A stretch of DNA of 64,000 nt from Perna viridis (taxonomy: Eukaryota). The notes below the pieces were generated by a model. That model worked only from the letters and a program-made list of their open reading frames with translations, did no database searches and was not told where the DNA came from. The position numbers were made by a program, and so were the translations under genes. Where the stretch lies: assembly GCA_037379345.1 (NCBI GenBank), contig CM074519.1:36172103-36236102 (forward strand), given 5' to 3'. Position 1 is the stretch's first letter, and each line of letters starts with the position of its first letter. Positions 35,811-48,552 of the stretch are shown here, piece by piece.

Positions 35811-38330
35811 GAAAATATTTCTTGTGTTGTTCTTGCACAAAATGGTTATGACAGATAGTTATCTATCTAATAAATGGACATATGACAATCTACTTTGTAA
35901 CAATAATGAGTTAGGTAAATATGTTCTCATTAAAAAATCTTTGAAACAAATACTACATGTTTAACATCATTTTATGAATAATACAATGTTTGACCATGAA
36001 TAGTATGATCCCTCACCTAAGAACCTTTGAATCTGTTGATACTAATTTTTTTACATCATGCCATTAAAATTCCATACATGTAAAACATGTCTGAGTGTTT
36101 TAAAAGTAGTCTAATTTCATATAAACAACCATTTATAGGTTTATGATGCATGATTCACTATTTTCTTTGGAGGTGTTAAAATGCAGTTTCCTCCCAAAGT
36201 TTATATAAGTCTAAAATACTTAATTTTAAGGCACACTCTGAACTTTGATCGTAATTTTCATATCATTTTTTCTTCAAATGACTCATTTTGGTAATTTACA
36301 AAACAAACCTAACCTAGCATCATGTTCTATGGACTCTCTAACTCTCTGTTGATTTATTGCTTTCTGTTCTAGTTATTTAATTTTCCAGAAGTTTTATCAA
36401 ATTACACAAATTTATGGATTAAGTTTTCACTTAGTCATAGAGATTCTCCCCTGTACCAAGTAAAAGTCTCTTTTAATCAATTGGAAATTCACTCTTTAAA
36501 TTAAGTGGAAATCCAATAAAATTTAACTAAGTGTATTTAGTTTTCTGGCCCACAATTATGTAATATGCATGTACTAGTCCAGGAACCAAACAATATAAGA
36601 GATCTGATAAAGATTTTGACCAACCCAATTATACAACAATTTCTAACAATTTTTTTATTTAAGGAAGATATGTGCAATGATGGATTTTGTGGAATGAAAC
36701 CCGCTTTCTTTTAATCTCATGCAGTATTGCATTGTTTGGGCAAAAATATTAAAATTATCAATAATAGCCTGAAAATCCTCCTATTATTCAAAAATGTGCA
36801 TCTTTTTTTTCATTTGTGTCCATGTGAGAATTTTAAAATTTAACACAAAGAGAACACATAATCTCTGCAGTATGAAGTAATTTTCAACTTACAATATATA
36901 GCATTTGTTGACATATTTACAGTGAATTATTCTAATTTACAAATACCACTGAGGTCAATTTAAAACATAGCTAGCATATTTATGGCATAAAACAATGCAA
37001 TAAAGCCACAGCAAATTAACTCTATGTTTGTAAGGAATTTTAATAAAGTAAAATATTTTCATACACATTAAAATTTAAAATACTATCTATCCAGTTATTC
37101 AGTTCATCCATCTTTCTTTTTCATAGCGATTATTCTCTTATATTTCGAAATGTAGGTTTTTTTCAGTTGAATATTTAACAGGAAGCAAAAGATGTGTTTA
37201 ATGATGACCTGTCACACTTTTTTCTATAGGGTATTTAAACAATGCATTCAATAAGATCATCTGAACATCAAACTTTATTAATTAAACACCAATATTAAAA
37301 TAAAAGTACACAATCATTGTCGATAACATCAGACAATTCTTATCTAGTCAATAGTAAAGTGCAAGATCAAATTTAAGGTCTTTTATAGTCAATGATACCT
37401 TAAAGTTCAAAATATATATTTTTTAATTATGTAGGAATACATGCATCATGTCAGTTTCCAATTGGCAAAGAACACATCCAAAAATAGTACCAAGTCAGTC
37501 ATTCATAAAACAGTTCAAAGAAATGAGCAGAACAATAGACAAAGTGATGGCAGTACCATAATTCCCCTGGCTATCTCTAAGATTAGATAAGGGGAGGTAA
37601 TTAGATTATCATTGATGAAAAAGACATGACTGTATCCCTGTTTACATCAGAACCAGTGTCTTGAGAATTCTGCTGTTTCAATCAAAATTATTCAAAATCA
37701 TGTAACTGTTAAATTAATGTTTTCCTTATCAATAAATTGGTGAATTATGTACAAGACTTATAAAACATTAAATGTCTGATAAGAAAACCATTTTCTATCT
37801 CATTAGTTTGGGTACATATAGAGTCCTTTGAGTCTTCTGAGGCTGATAGTTTTTAATTTGCTGTTCAATAATTTAATATCATTTCAGAGGAAAAATGATA
37901 GCATTTTAAGTTTTGACGTTAAAGATATCAAAAAATAACTGTAGCTGTTATTTTCATATCGGTAAAAAAAACAGTCAAACTGGAATTAAAACATCTTGAT
38001 GTGTAGGCAGGCTTAATTAAGACGTTCATATTAAGTTTTGACATTAAAAGAACTTTGGTCCAACTTAATGTTTTACAAAGTGGGAATTTCCAAATATACG
38101 CCAACATTTTTGTAGAAAAAACTTTTGAATATTTCATTGGATCTTAGCTTCAGCATCCATTTTCATAGACTTAGTCTGACATCATTTAATTTTTTTATTT
38201 AAAAAGAAGTTATTTCCAAATGCATAGAATTACTGAAATAGTTTTACATGTAGGTGGCCATAAATTAAATGGTTTCAAGTGACATTGCAATACTTGTAGT
38301 TGTTGTTACTATTCAGCTAGTAATGTCAAT

Positions 38331-38940
38331 GCCCTGAATAATCAGAAAACCTGTCTAAACCAAACCATAAATAATCATAAAAGAATAACAAATTAGTGAA
38401 CAATAGCCAGGTTTAAAAGGTAAAAAGTAACTAAATACAAATAAAATATGAATAAAAAGTAAAAATATTGAAAAATATGACCCCAAATTTTCACCCTTAT
38501 GACCTTTGTCAGGGGCAAAAAGTATTGAGGCGAAAACTGTCAATCCGTAACAAAGAGACAAGGTGCCCTTCAATTATTTGTATGTAGTTCCTTTTTACAT
38601 CTTAAACATGGCTGTTGTTCACTTATTCATTATTCTTATTTACATTTAATTTGAGCCACTTCACAACATACATTATTTTTAATAATCAGAAAACCTGTCT
38701 AAACCAAGCCATGAATAATCAGAACCCTATCCAAACCAAACCATGAATAATAAAAAACCTGTCTAAACCAAAACCTGAATAATCAGAAAACCTGTCTAAA
38801 CCAAACCCTGAATAATCAGAAGACCTGTCTAAACCAAACCACAAATAATCTGTACACCTTTTACTAGTATATCAGTTTAAATGTATTTTGAACCTTGGTA
38901 AACCAAACCAAATTTTTAAAGTTAAAGTAGATTTCACTGT
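38331..38940. repeat. ~33-bp minisatellite (AATAATCAGAAAACCTGTCTAAACCAAACCCTG) of a Tc1/mariner-like MITE, split by a ~300-bp insertion
   Basis: One unit at ~38337-38375 and about five units at 38681-38850. Terminus-like GTAGATTTCACTG at ~38927-38939. Confidence 0.7.
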
Positions 38941-41900
38941 GTACCACTATCATTAACAAAGATCTACATTCATTTTATGTCAACTTCAATTTTTCACCTC
39001 AAAAATGATTCATAAATTTTTCTTTCATAAATACTGTGTTCACACAACCATTTTTTCTAACCTTATAGAGCTATTACATCTCTCCTCAATAAAATAACTA
39101 TTAAAATGACAAAACTTTTATATATCATAAGTTTAAAGGGACTTGACACAAGAAACTATAATGCATGTTTCAATGTGAAACCAGAAAAAAAATATGTACA
39201 ATACAAATATACTGATTTTTTCAATGATGACAAAAATACCACATGTTATTGCCTACAAATAAAATAAACTACATTGTCAAAATTTAGTATGTCCTAAAAC
39301 ATTTTATGCAAATTAGAAATTAATGGTCTTAATCATACTTAATACTGCTTTGATTGTGCAGTAGAAATATTCACTATTTTTAGATAAGATCAAAACAGAT
39401 ACTAATGATGTTACAAATGCTATGATAAAATACCAGTAGTAAGCATTTGTTCAGCTTCACTAACACTTCATCTAAATACCCTATGGGAAGCTTTAGATCA
39501 TCCATGAATACCTTTAATAAGACAAGAAACTTTTGTTACCCCCTATAATTTAATTTATAATTAAATAGTCTACAAAAAATATTATGGAGTACCAGCATTG
39601 AAATAAATTTAGAGAAAACTTTCATTAAAGATGACCACAGTACTTGCTATAAAACTCTACCAATTGATGTTTCATGGAGCACATCCAGACTTGACAAGTA
39701 GTCACAAAAATTTGTAAATTTTAATTTTAAGTACAAATCCATATAAAAGTTAGGTACAAAATCAGGTACAACTGCAAAATATGAGTGTCAAAAACCTGCT
39801 ATCTTTCATTTTAAGGTGTCTTCTCTATTAGAAATGATAAAAACTTGATAACAGTAAAACTACCGAAATTAAGAAAACTTTCAACAGAAGGTCAGAACTT
39901 TTTTGCATTTGGACAGTTCTGTATTCCTGATTTAAATCCATTTTCAATGAAATCAGACCTTCAGTTTTCCATTAAAATACTGTTCACAATACATAGTAAC
40001 TTATTTTACCAAAACTAAATACAACTAATTAATTAATTTCTTTACACTAATGGCACAGATAGTAAAATTACACTGTCAAAGTGGTATACTAGTCTGACCA
40101 AGCTTTGCCTACTGCCTGATTCTCATAAAGGCTGATACCTGAAGGACTATTTTTTATTTGACCATGGGTAATTATAAGCTTCTGTATGAAATTAATATTT
40201 ACTTTAGGTTGAGAATTTTATTAGGGACATGAAGAGCAATAAAGTATATGATTTATTATATAGGACCATTGTCACAACTTGGACAAAAATTAAAAAACTT
40301 AATTCTTTACTACTTAATAAAAAATAAGCAAATTTTAAAAAGGCTTTAAAATATATTGTAAGTTTTTTCATAAATGATACCTCTATACTATTGTTTGGAA
40401 GTAAAAGATATATTTAACAGATTAAATTTGTTGATAATAGGGTTAAAGTCCCCACATCTGACTACAAAGAAAGATTTAAAGGGGTGGTTTACTATCAAAT
40501 CCATAAAATGCTGATATGGCAAGTCTAAAAATACCAGGTACACTGTGTTTATATATCACTTGATGTTAAAGAAGATTTATACATGGGATGAGAGGTGGGA
40601 TTTACAAATTCCACTCTGGGTCAGACATTATAAACAAACAAAATCTTCTCTTGTGTTTTAAACAAAGGTTTTTGCACTTTATAGCTACCAAAGCATTTAT
40701 GTCAACACTTTAGGTGATAAAATATTTTCCCCAACCTCAATTTTCATATTTATATTTAAAATGTATTGCTAAAACAAGAGTTGAAACCCTCCAAGAAAGA
40801 TATTTTTATGGTATTTAAAAACCCTGACAACAGAAAATCAACTCAAAATAAACCATAAAACTTCTGTGTATATACACATAAAAAAACTACGAACTTTACT
40901 GCCAGAAGTAATATCAACTGTTTCTAATACATTGTCCACTTAAGTTGTTATGATCAGCCTTTTTAAACGCTGTTTTCCGAATACAATTCTTATATTTAAA
41001 GTCTAGATCTGTGAAATACTAGTAAGCATTCAAAAATAAGTAATAAAAGATTTTAATGCCAGGTATAGTGGGGGTCCAAGGACCAAGCATAATCTGATAA
41101 AAATGTTCATTAAAATTTCCAATTGAAATCCTCGACCTAAAAATGGGATATATAAAACCTTTGTTGTAAGGGGAGGCAACTATGAATGACCACCATCCAT
41201 TATAATGGGGGTAATTATAGCCTTCTGGTGACTACTTGTGTCCAGTGTCATTGGAAATATGGACATCCTGGTGAAATAATGAATCATTTTATAATGCTTC
41301 CATCAAAGAACTATAACACTGACTGTGCTAATAGTCCTTTCAAACAAATAATGGCCGCATTCTTTGCTTTTTCTACTTCAATCAGGGGAGGACTAAGAAA
41401 TTTTGAAAAGGGGTGGGAGAGTTCCAAAGGGGGTTCTAGTAAAAAGTGGGAGTTCCAGGCTATTATTTGCTAATTTTTACCCAAATTTTGCTTAAAATGA
41501 ACTTAATGTTCCATCAAAAGACCCGCAACCAGGAATGAGATGTGATTTCTTCTAACAACTTTAACCATCAGACATCTGTTGTTATTTGGTGGAGAATAGG
41601 ACATATATAACCAGTTCTATCAACGCATTGACCATACAATCTACATATAACATCAATGGTGTATTTCATTAAATAGCAATTTGTTGAAGAAAAGTCTGTA
41701 AATACAGGTCTTATTAAGAATCCAATGGTTTATTTCACAAAATAAATTAAAAAGTATAAAACTAAATACAATTTTGACAGTCGATGAACAATAGAAACAT
41801 ATACATTGTGACATCAAAACTTATAATTGATTTTACACTTATTGAGTTCTTAATGTGAAACTAACTGTAAGCACTTAAAAAAAAATACAGGAAGTCTGAT

Positions 41901-42219
41901 TCCCTAAAGTACAAGTACATGTATCTTCATATATGACCTGTAGCAATATTAAAGTTAAAACCACATCATGTACATACAGTCAAACGTAAGTGTGTAACTT
42001 TTGGAATAATGGAACCTAGAAAGAACAACCAATAGTGTTTCTTCCAATTATATTAATGAGTGTGTAACACTTAATATAAATACATACACCGTACCAGCTA
42101 TTGAAGAATGTAAGAATCTTTCTGATATCTTTATGTGTGTGAGTGTGGAGTTTTTATCTATAAAGTTTTTAATTTGTGTGAGTGTTGTCTATAAGTCTGT
42201 ATTTTGATATTATACATAC

Positions 42220-42349
42220 GCTGTAACAGTTGGGACTTCATTCTTGAGATCTTGAAAGAAAGGTAGATTCTTTCTAATATCTTTATGTGGATTATATTCT
42301 TCACTGATTCTGTAAATACCAAATCCTGCTGGTAATAGTCTTCCTACCT
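42220..42349 (-). CDS. Internal (penultimate) coding exon of the same gene (xVGRLLPAGFGIYRISEEYNPHKDIRKNLPFFQDLKNEVPTVTA)
   Basis: Acceptor ttttttattatttcAG (42351-42350) and donor GTATGT (42219-42214). 130 nt, phase 1 in and phase 2 out. GC|T makes Ala with the 27660 exon. Confidence 0.8.
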
Positions 42350-45300
42350 CTGAAATAATAAAAAAGATGTTCAACTGAAAACACAAACATACCGAACGAA
42401 CACTCCAGAATTGACTCAGCATATCATTTTCTGTATCAATCTGTTTCTTGAATTATTTTTTATTTAACCACTTATTCAACAGAACTTGTAAAATGTATGA
42501 TTTACACAATCAAGCATGTTTCCTAGGTTTTCAAGGTATAAATTGAGTGTAAAGTAAGTTGTAAATCAGTGTTTTGTGTTTTATAGGTTGTAGAAAATGA
42601 CCTAACCCAATTTATTATATAATAGTTCCATATATTTTACTTTACAGATCCTGAGGAGTAATTTCTTTTATTTTTTTTAATATCTGTTTTGCTTAAGAAC
42701 ATGCTATTATTAAAGCTATTTAGTACATTAAAAAGGTATTACTGATTAAACATAAAAGGGAGACAACTCTCTTCACCTTTCAGTTTTTATAACCTCTTTA
42801 AAAGCCTTTGAACGGGCAATCAATTTCCTATTATGATAATACTGCACCATACTGCAGACACTGCACTTAAAATACAGGTTTTTTGTTAGATTATGATTTC
42901 AACAAGCAGCTTGTAGACAGAGATAAAACAGAAATTGGCCAGATGGTAGATTTCTATACAAACTTCTCTAACCAATTTCCTGCAATTCATTTATAACATG
43001 AATAAGACATTGCCATTTGGTGTTATCTTCAAATATCCTTCCTGCAGCCTGTCCAACAGACAAAAAGTTGCAATTCTAGGATTCAATACAGGGGAAAATT
43101 ATGAAAATATCCAGTTGCCTTTGGTTTACACTTTATGAAACAAAAGAAATGTGCATATTTGATCAAGTAACAAACCAACAAAACACATACAGACTGTACA
43201 CTAGTTACTGTATGACACAAGTCAGGAAAGTTGGTGAGGAACCAGATAGACACTATCACCTATACATGTTAAAGGACATTAACCTATAAACATAAGGAGT
43301 TTTGTTATGTTAAAAGAGTTCTCTAAGTTGCTACTGTCAGAAACATTGATTAAGCATGTAGGTTAACCCTTTAACCTTGTGGGATGTGGGTACATATCGT
43401 CACAGTAACCTACCTATTCTACCCTATAATACAACATAATATTTAAATCTTATCAGAACTATCTTGCCATTTATCAAAGTATTTAAAGAAACTTAGTCTT
43501 TCATAAGAATGAAAGAAGCGAGTAATCAGCCCTCACAACATATATCTAAAGTCTATCTTATCCCACACTGTTTTGGTGACCTTTGAAAACCTTAACTTGA
43601 TTTTTTCCCATAGAGACCAAGACCTATCAATTATCCATATATGAACCTATTTTCTCCACTGTCAGATAAAGCATCTGTTTACATTGTAGATTTATGTGTC
43701 TAGCTTGTACATGCATTCAAAACTTTAAGATATTATATTTATTTAGGTAATCTGGGCAAACAGAGAAAAAGGTCCATTTACATAGTATATTGACACCAGT
43801 CTTAACAGATCAAACTGTGTCAACAATAAAATTGTGATTCAAAAAATATATTACTTCCATGGCATATAAGGACTCATTTATGATATGATACCCTTTGAAG
43901 TAATATCCTTATATGATATTAAAATAAGGAAATGTTCAAGGTCGATTCAATGATTTTAATCAAAACCACCAGCTTCAAATTTACAATAACATGAATGAAT
44001 TAAGTGAAAGCAATAAGACAACAATAATAAAATCACAAAGTTTGCTGAACCTGTTTATAGAGACAATGATTCATCGTGGTACACTTCATAAGCAGAATTT
44101 ACATGGAAATCATAACTGACCAAAAGTTTTTTTATGCTAAGCACACTAGCACACATTTTAATGACAACTTACAGACTACTACAGCAAAGAATAAAATGTG
44201 ATATTTTTTTAATCTACCCATGAATCAAAGTGAGCCATTTTCACTTCAATGACCTCCAATAGAAATGATCCTCAATAAATGTATAATCCTTTTATGTCCA
44301 TATCATTAACAACAACAGCTTGTATTTAACAAATTTTCTCATAAAACAACCAACGGGAGACGGCTTTAATTGCTATTTCCAGAACCTTTATTAGTTTCAC
44401 TAATAAATTGTTTAATTAAAATTAGGACCCTTTTTTCCTTAACATCAAACAATCATTTAAAATGAAGCAATTGAAAACGATATCAATACATTTAACTACA
44501 AAATAACATGAAAGCTTCCACAGCGAACATTAAAACAGATAGTTAAACAAATAAAGACAACATTGTCTATCTTGGATACATCCTGTAATCCACTTTCAAT
44601 AAAAGGTATATCAGTATATAGCTCGTAGCTTAGAATGAAAAAAAACTCTCATACAGACAGAAACTCTATAAACAGCCCCTGTTAATCAGATTATGCTATA
44701 GACTTATTGCTTTCAGTCAATATAAACCTTCGATTCTGGTATTGGGCTGACTAGTTACAGTAATCAGGGCTTTTAAGATGCTCTGTTAAACCACAAATTG
44801 AAAAACAGAATTGCACTTTTTTCTAATGTATGCAGTTTAAACTGTCCAAATATTGTTAAAAATTGGTTTTAGAAGGAAAATGTTTGGCGACAAATATAAT
44901 GCATGTACAGAGGCTGCTTTTTGTGATAAAATATTACAGAATTTCCTAGTGAACATGATTTTTTGAAGAAGATTTTTAGTACTGGTACTTTAACTGAAAT
45001 ACTGGCACCCCCACCCCCTCCAAAAAAAAAAAAAAATAAACAAAACTAAACAGCCAACCATTTGTTTCAGTTGTCCTTAATAAAGTCTCAATATCCAAAA
45101 TCAAATATAGCAAACCTAAGGAATTCCCCATTACATACCCCTTTTTTATCATCAATCTTAATGTAAATACCAATTCATAGGAGTGAACACCTAGTATCAG
45201 CTTAATAACACAAATGACTGAAAGTCCATTTTTTACCTGCAAACTCCTGATAAATCATGGTAACAATTTATTGTGCCCACAGAAAATAAAATATACTACT

Positions 45301-45969
45301 TAAAACCTTTTGGCTCAATTGAACTTCAGTTACTCACACAATATCATAATTAATTTACCCTTTAAACCACCACTCAAGAATATAACTTTTTTCACTATGT
45401 TCAAACCATCAATTTTCTTTGCATTTCATTTCTGGCTACTATAATACACCAGTCTATTTTGTTTCTGTATTTACATCAAGCATGGTTTTAAAATGCAAAT
45501 GTAATTGGTACACCAATAATATCTGTTCCTTTGCAATAAATTTTTTTTCTGAACTACAATGACATCATTTTTGCAATAAAACCTTTAGGGGTCTATAAAA
45601 TTTAAACTCCGAAAGAAAATCCTCAACAGAAACACAAAACAAACAATACTATAATTCCACAATGTAGCAGTGTAACAATTGACCACAGTATAATCCACCA
45701 AGCCCATCACAAAGATAGAAAAATATATTAAAATGACCAACATCTCAAGGAAACTTTAGGTTCATTTTCCATTGATTACAGTAATTTGAGATTCCACATC
45801 AAATTTAATAAGATTGGAATTCTCCTGCACCCATACTATACCATTTCATCCAATGACACAGCAGTTATCAGGATTGACTGGATAACACTTTCAGACATGC
45901 AAGATGTTTGTATTATACTGTGGGTTTTCACAGCTTATGGCATGCAACATACCAACTCATCAACACAAT

Positions 45970-46200
45970 TATTGTTATAGCGGGTAATTTTCATGAGTGC
46001 AAAATTTAGTGATATGCTCTATTAATGGGGTACTGAATTTTTGCTGTCTTTATTTTTCATGCTCACAGGTATAGTCTACGAAAGTTAACTGTAAAATATG
46101 TTGGACTTGAATATTGTAAGTTTTTTTATATTTTGTAACTCTCCAATCCTAGCGAATACACCAAAATAAGAAACTCACGAAAATTTCCTACTATACAGTA
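45970..46200. mobile_element. Tc1/mariner-like MITE
   Basis: TATTGTTATAGCGGGTAATTTTCATGAGT ... ACTCACGAAAATTTCCTACTATACAGTA imperfect TIRs ending CAG-TA. Confidence 0.6.
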
Positions 46201-47550
46201 TAATCAAAATGACAATCAGTTATACATAATATATTGTTATGAGTTGTCACTGTTATCTTTTATAGAGGGTATATCTGAATATAATCGCTTAACTTAGTTT
46301 TCATGGTATGGATCCAGTAACTTCTCAGTAAATGTCTAAGCACACATCATTAGGTCAAATCAGCACCATTTTTCAAAGTTAAAGAGTCTGATTATATTGG
46401 AAAATATTGGAAAAAAATTAAAGCATCTTTCATCTGAGCATTAAGTTTATCTCCACTATAGCAAGAGTATAATAACATTCCAAGGACTTTACAGATATGA
46501 AGCTAGAAATCATATTTTTGGTAATTATTTTCTGCCCTCCAACCATTGCAATCTGTGTTACCTCACTGTATTTTTTTCATGGGTGATGTTTCATTAGAGG
46601 TACAAAATAAAGGTGAAGTCTGGAATACCTGACTAAACTCATAAAGCCTTATACATCTTAGACAGTGTTGATTGATTCATAAGTTAATGCAAGCTCTTCA
46701 TAAACATTTTTAAAATATAGCAATATAAATGCATTTTTTCCTTGTGTAATCACCATAAAACACATCAGACTTGTCCTCACTTTAATGGCATGCGTCTGTC
46801 AGAACATAAAGTTAGAGAACAATAAAATTATAATCAGCCTGTCACATTCGTGAGCAACTCTTATCATCATTACATACATAAAAGAAAAATAAAACTTTTA
46901 TTTCCATTCTTCAAATAATATGATCCTATAAAACAACATTCTCCCCAGTGGTAACAGAACAGAGACAGTCGTTTCCTGTGAGGTAACAATACATAGAACT
47001 TTAACTTTAAGTATCTATGTGATTGTAATAAAACTTGGCATTGATAATATGCACAATAATTAGGTGGGACTAAGTGTTGGATAGATAACCGAATAACAGT
47101 ATCTGCGATCAGAAGCCATTCACAGAGTGTTGGAAAGGTTATAGCATTAAAGTAACAGGTTAATTTAGTTCAGACAATATGAACTTATCTTCTCATTACA
47201 GCAGCAAAACCCTCCATAATGTCTACCACTGCAGACACATCTAGTTTCCAGTGATAAAAGCAAAGTAGGCCAACTATTATTCAATTATACACACCAGCTA
47301 TATATCTATCTCAATGATAAGTATCATAAAGCTGTATAGGCATCTTAGAAAACTGACCTACATTAAGGTGTTCCTGTATCAGATCATGGTCAACATGAAT
47401 AAGCCTATTTAGCTTAGGTTTAGGTTTTCAATTGGCATAGACAACTGTATGTACTAGAGCTACACATAGCTAGTATCAAGTCAGGCACGAACAAGATGTG
47501 GATGTTATTAAAGTTATGCTAAGACAGACTGCATAGACAATATGCAAACC

Positions 47551-47687
47551 ACTTGGGTCAGTACTGCTATGATATATATGCCAGTACTCTATAGACTATT
47601 GGTATTAGGGTTCACCTAACTTGGGTTAGTACTGCTATGATATATTGTGCCAGTACTCTATAGACTACTGATATTAGGGTTCACCTA
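47551..47687. repeat. 68/69-bp tandem duplication
   Basis: ACTTGGGT(C/T)AGTACTGCTATGATATAT...CCAGTACTCTATAGACTA..G.TATTAGGGTTCACCTA twice. Confidence 0.9.
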
Positions 47688-47952
47688 ATTTGGATATGCA
47701 TATTGTTTTGTTTTCACTTTCAGTTTATTTTTATGTTTATGGGCAACTTTTTACTCTGTCTGTGTATAATGTTGTTTTGGGGCCATTGGTCGCGTTGAGC
47801 AGATATTTTTCATCCCGCTGGGGTTGAAATGTCTCTTTGACTTATTTACCATATCCATTCTCATTATATGTACTCTGACTAATATCTGACACTAATACTT
47901 GAATTCTGCATAGAAAACTTGTAACCTGCTTGCACTCTACACAGACAAATTG

Positions 47953-48552
47953 TACAGCTGTCATTACACCCCCTCCTATACAGCTCAGGCATTACACCCC
48001 CTCCTATACAGCTCAGTCATTACCCTCCTATACAGCTCAGTCATTACACCCCCTCCTATACAGCTGTCATTACCCTTCTATACAGCTGTCATTACACCCC
48101 CTCCTATACAGCTCAGACATTACACCCCCTCCTATACAGCTCAGTCATTACACCCCCTCCTATACAGCTCAGACATTACATCCCCTCCTATACAGCTCTG
48201 TCATTACACCTCCTCCTATACAGCTGTCATTACCCTTCTATACAGCTGTCATTATACCCCCCTCCTATACAGCTCAGTCATTACATACCCTCTTATACAG
48301 CTCAGTCATTACACCACCTCCTATACAGCTCAGACATTACACCCCCTCCTATACAGCTCAGTCATTACCCTTCTATACAGCTCAGTCATTACACCCCCTC
48401 CTATACAGCTCAGCCATTACCCTTCTATACAGCTGTCATTACACCCCCTCCTATACAGCTCAGTCATAGATCACCTCTCTATACAGCAAGGACATTACAC
48501 CCCCTCCTATACAGCTGTCATTACACCCCCTCCTATACAGCTCAGTCATAGA
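47953..48552. repeat. Minisatellite of ~22-28-bp variant units (CAGCTCAGTCATTACACCCCCTCCTATA)
   Basis: About 23 units with length variants (CAGCTGTC vs CAGCTCAGTC; ACCCTTCTATA vs ACACCCCCTCCTATA). Confidence 0.95.
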
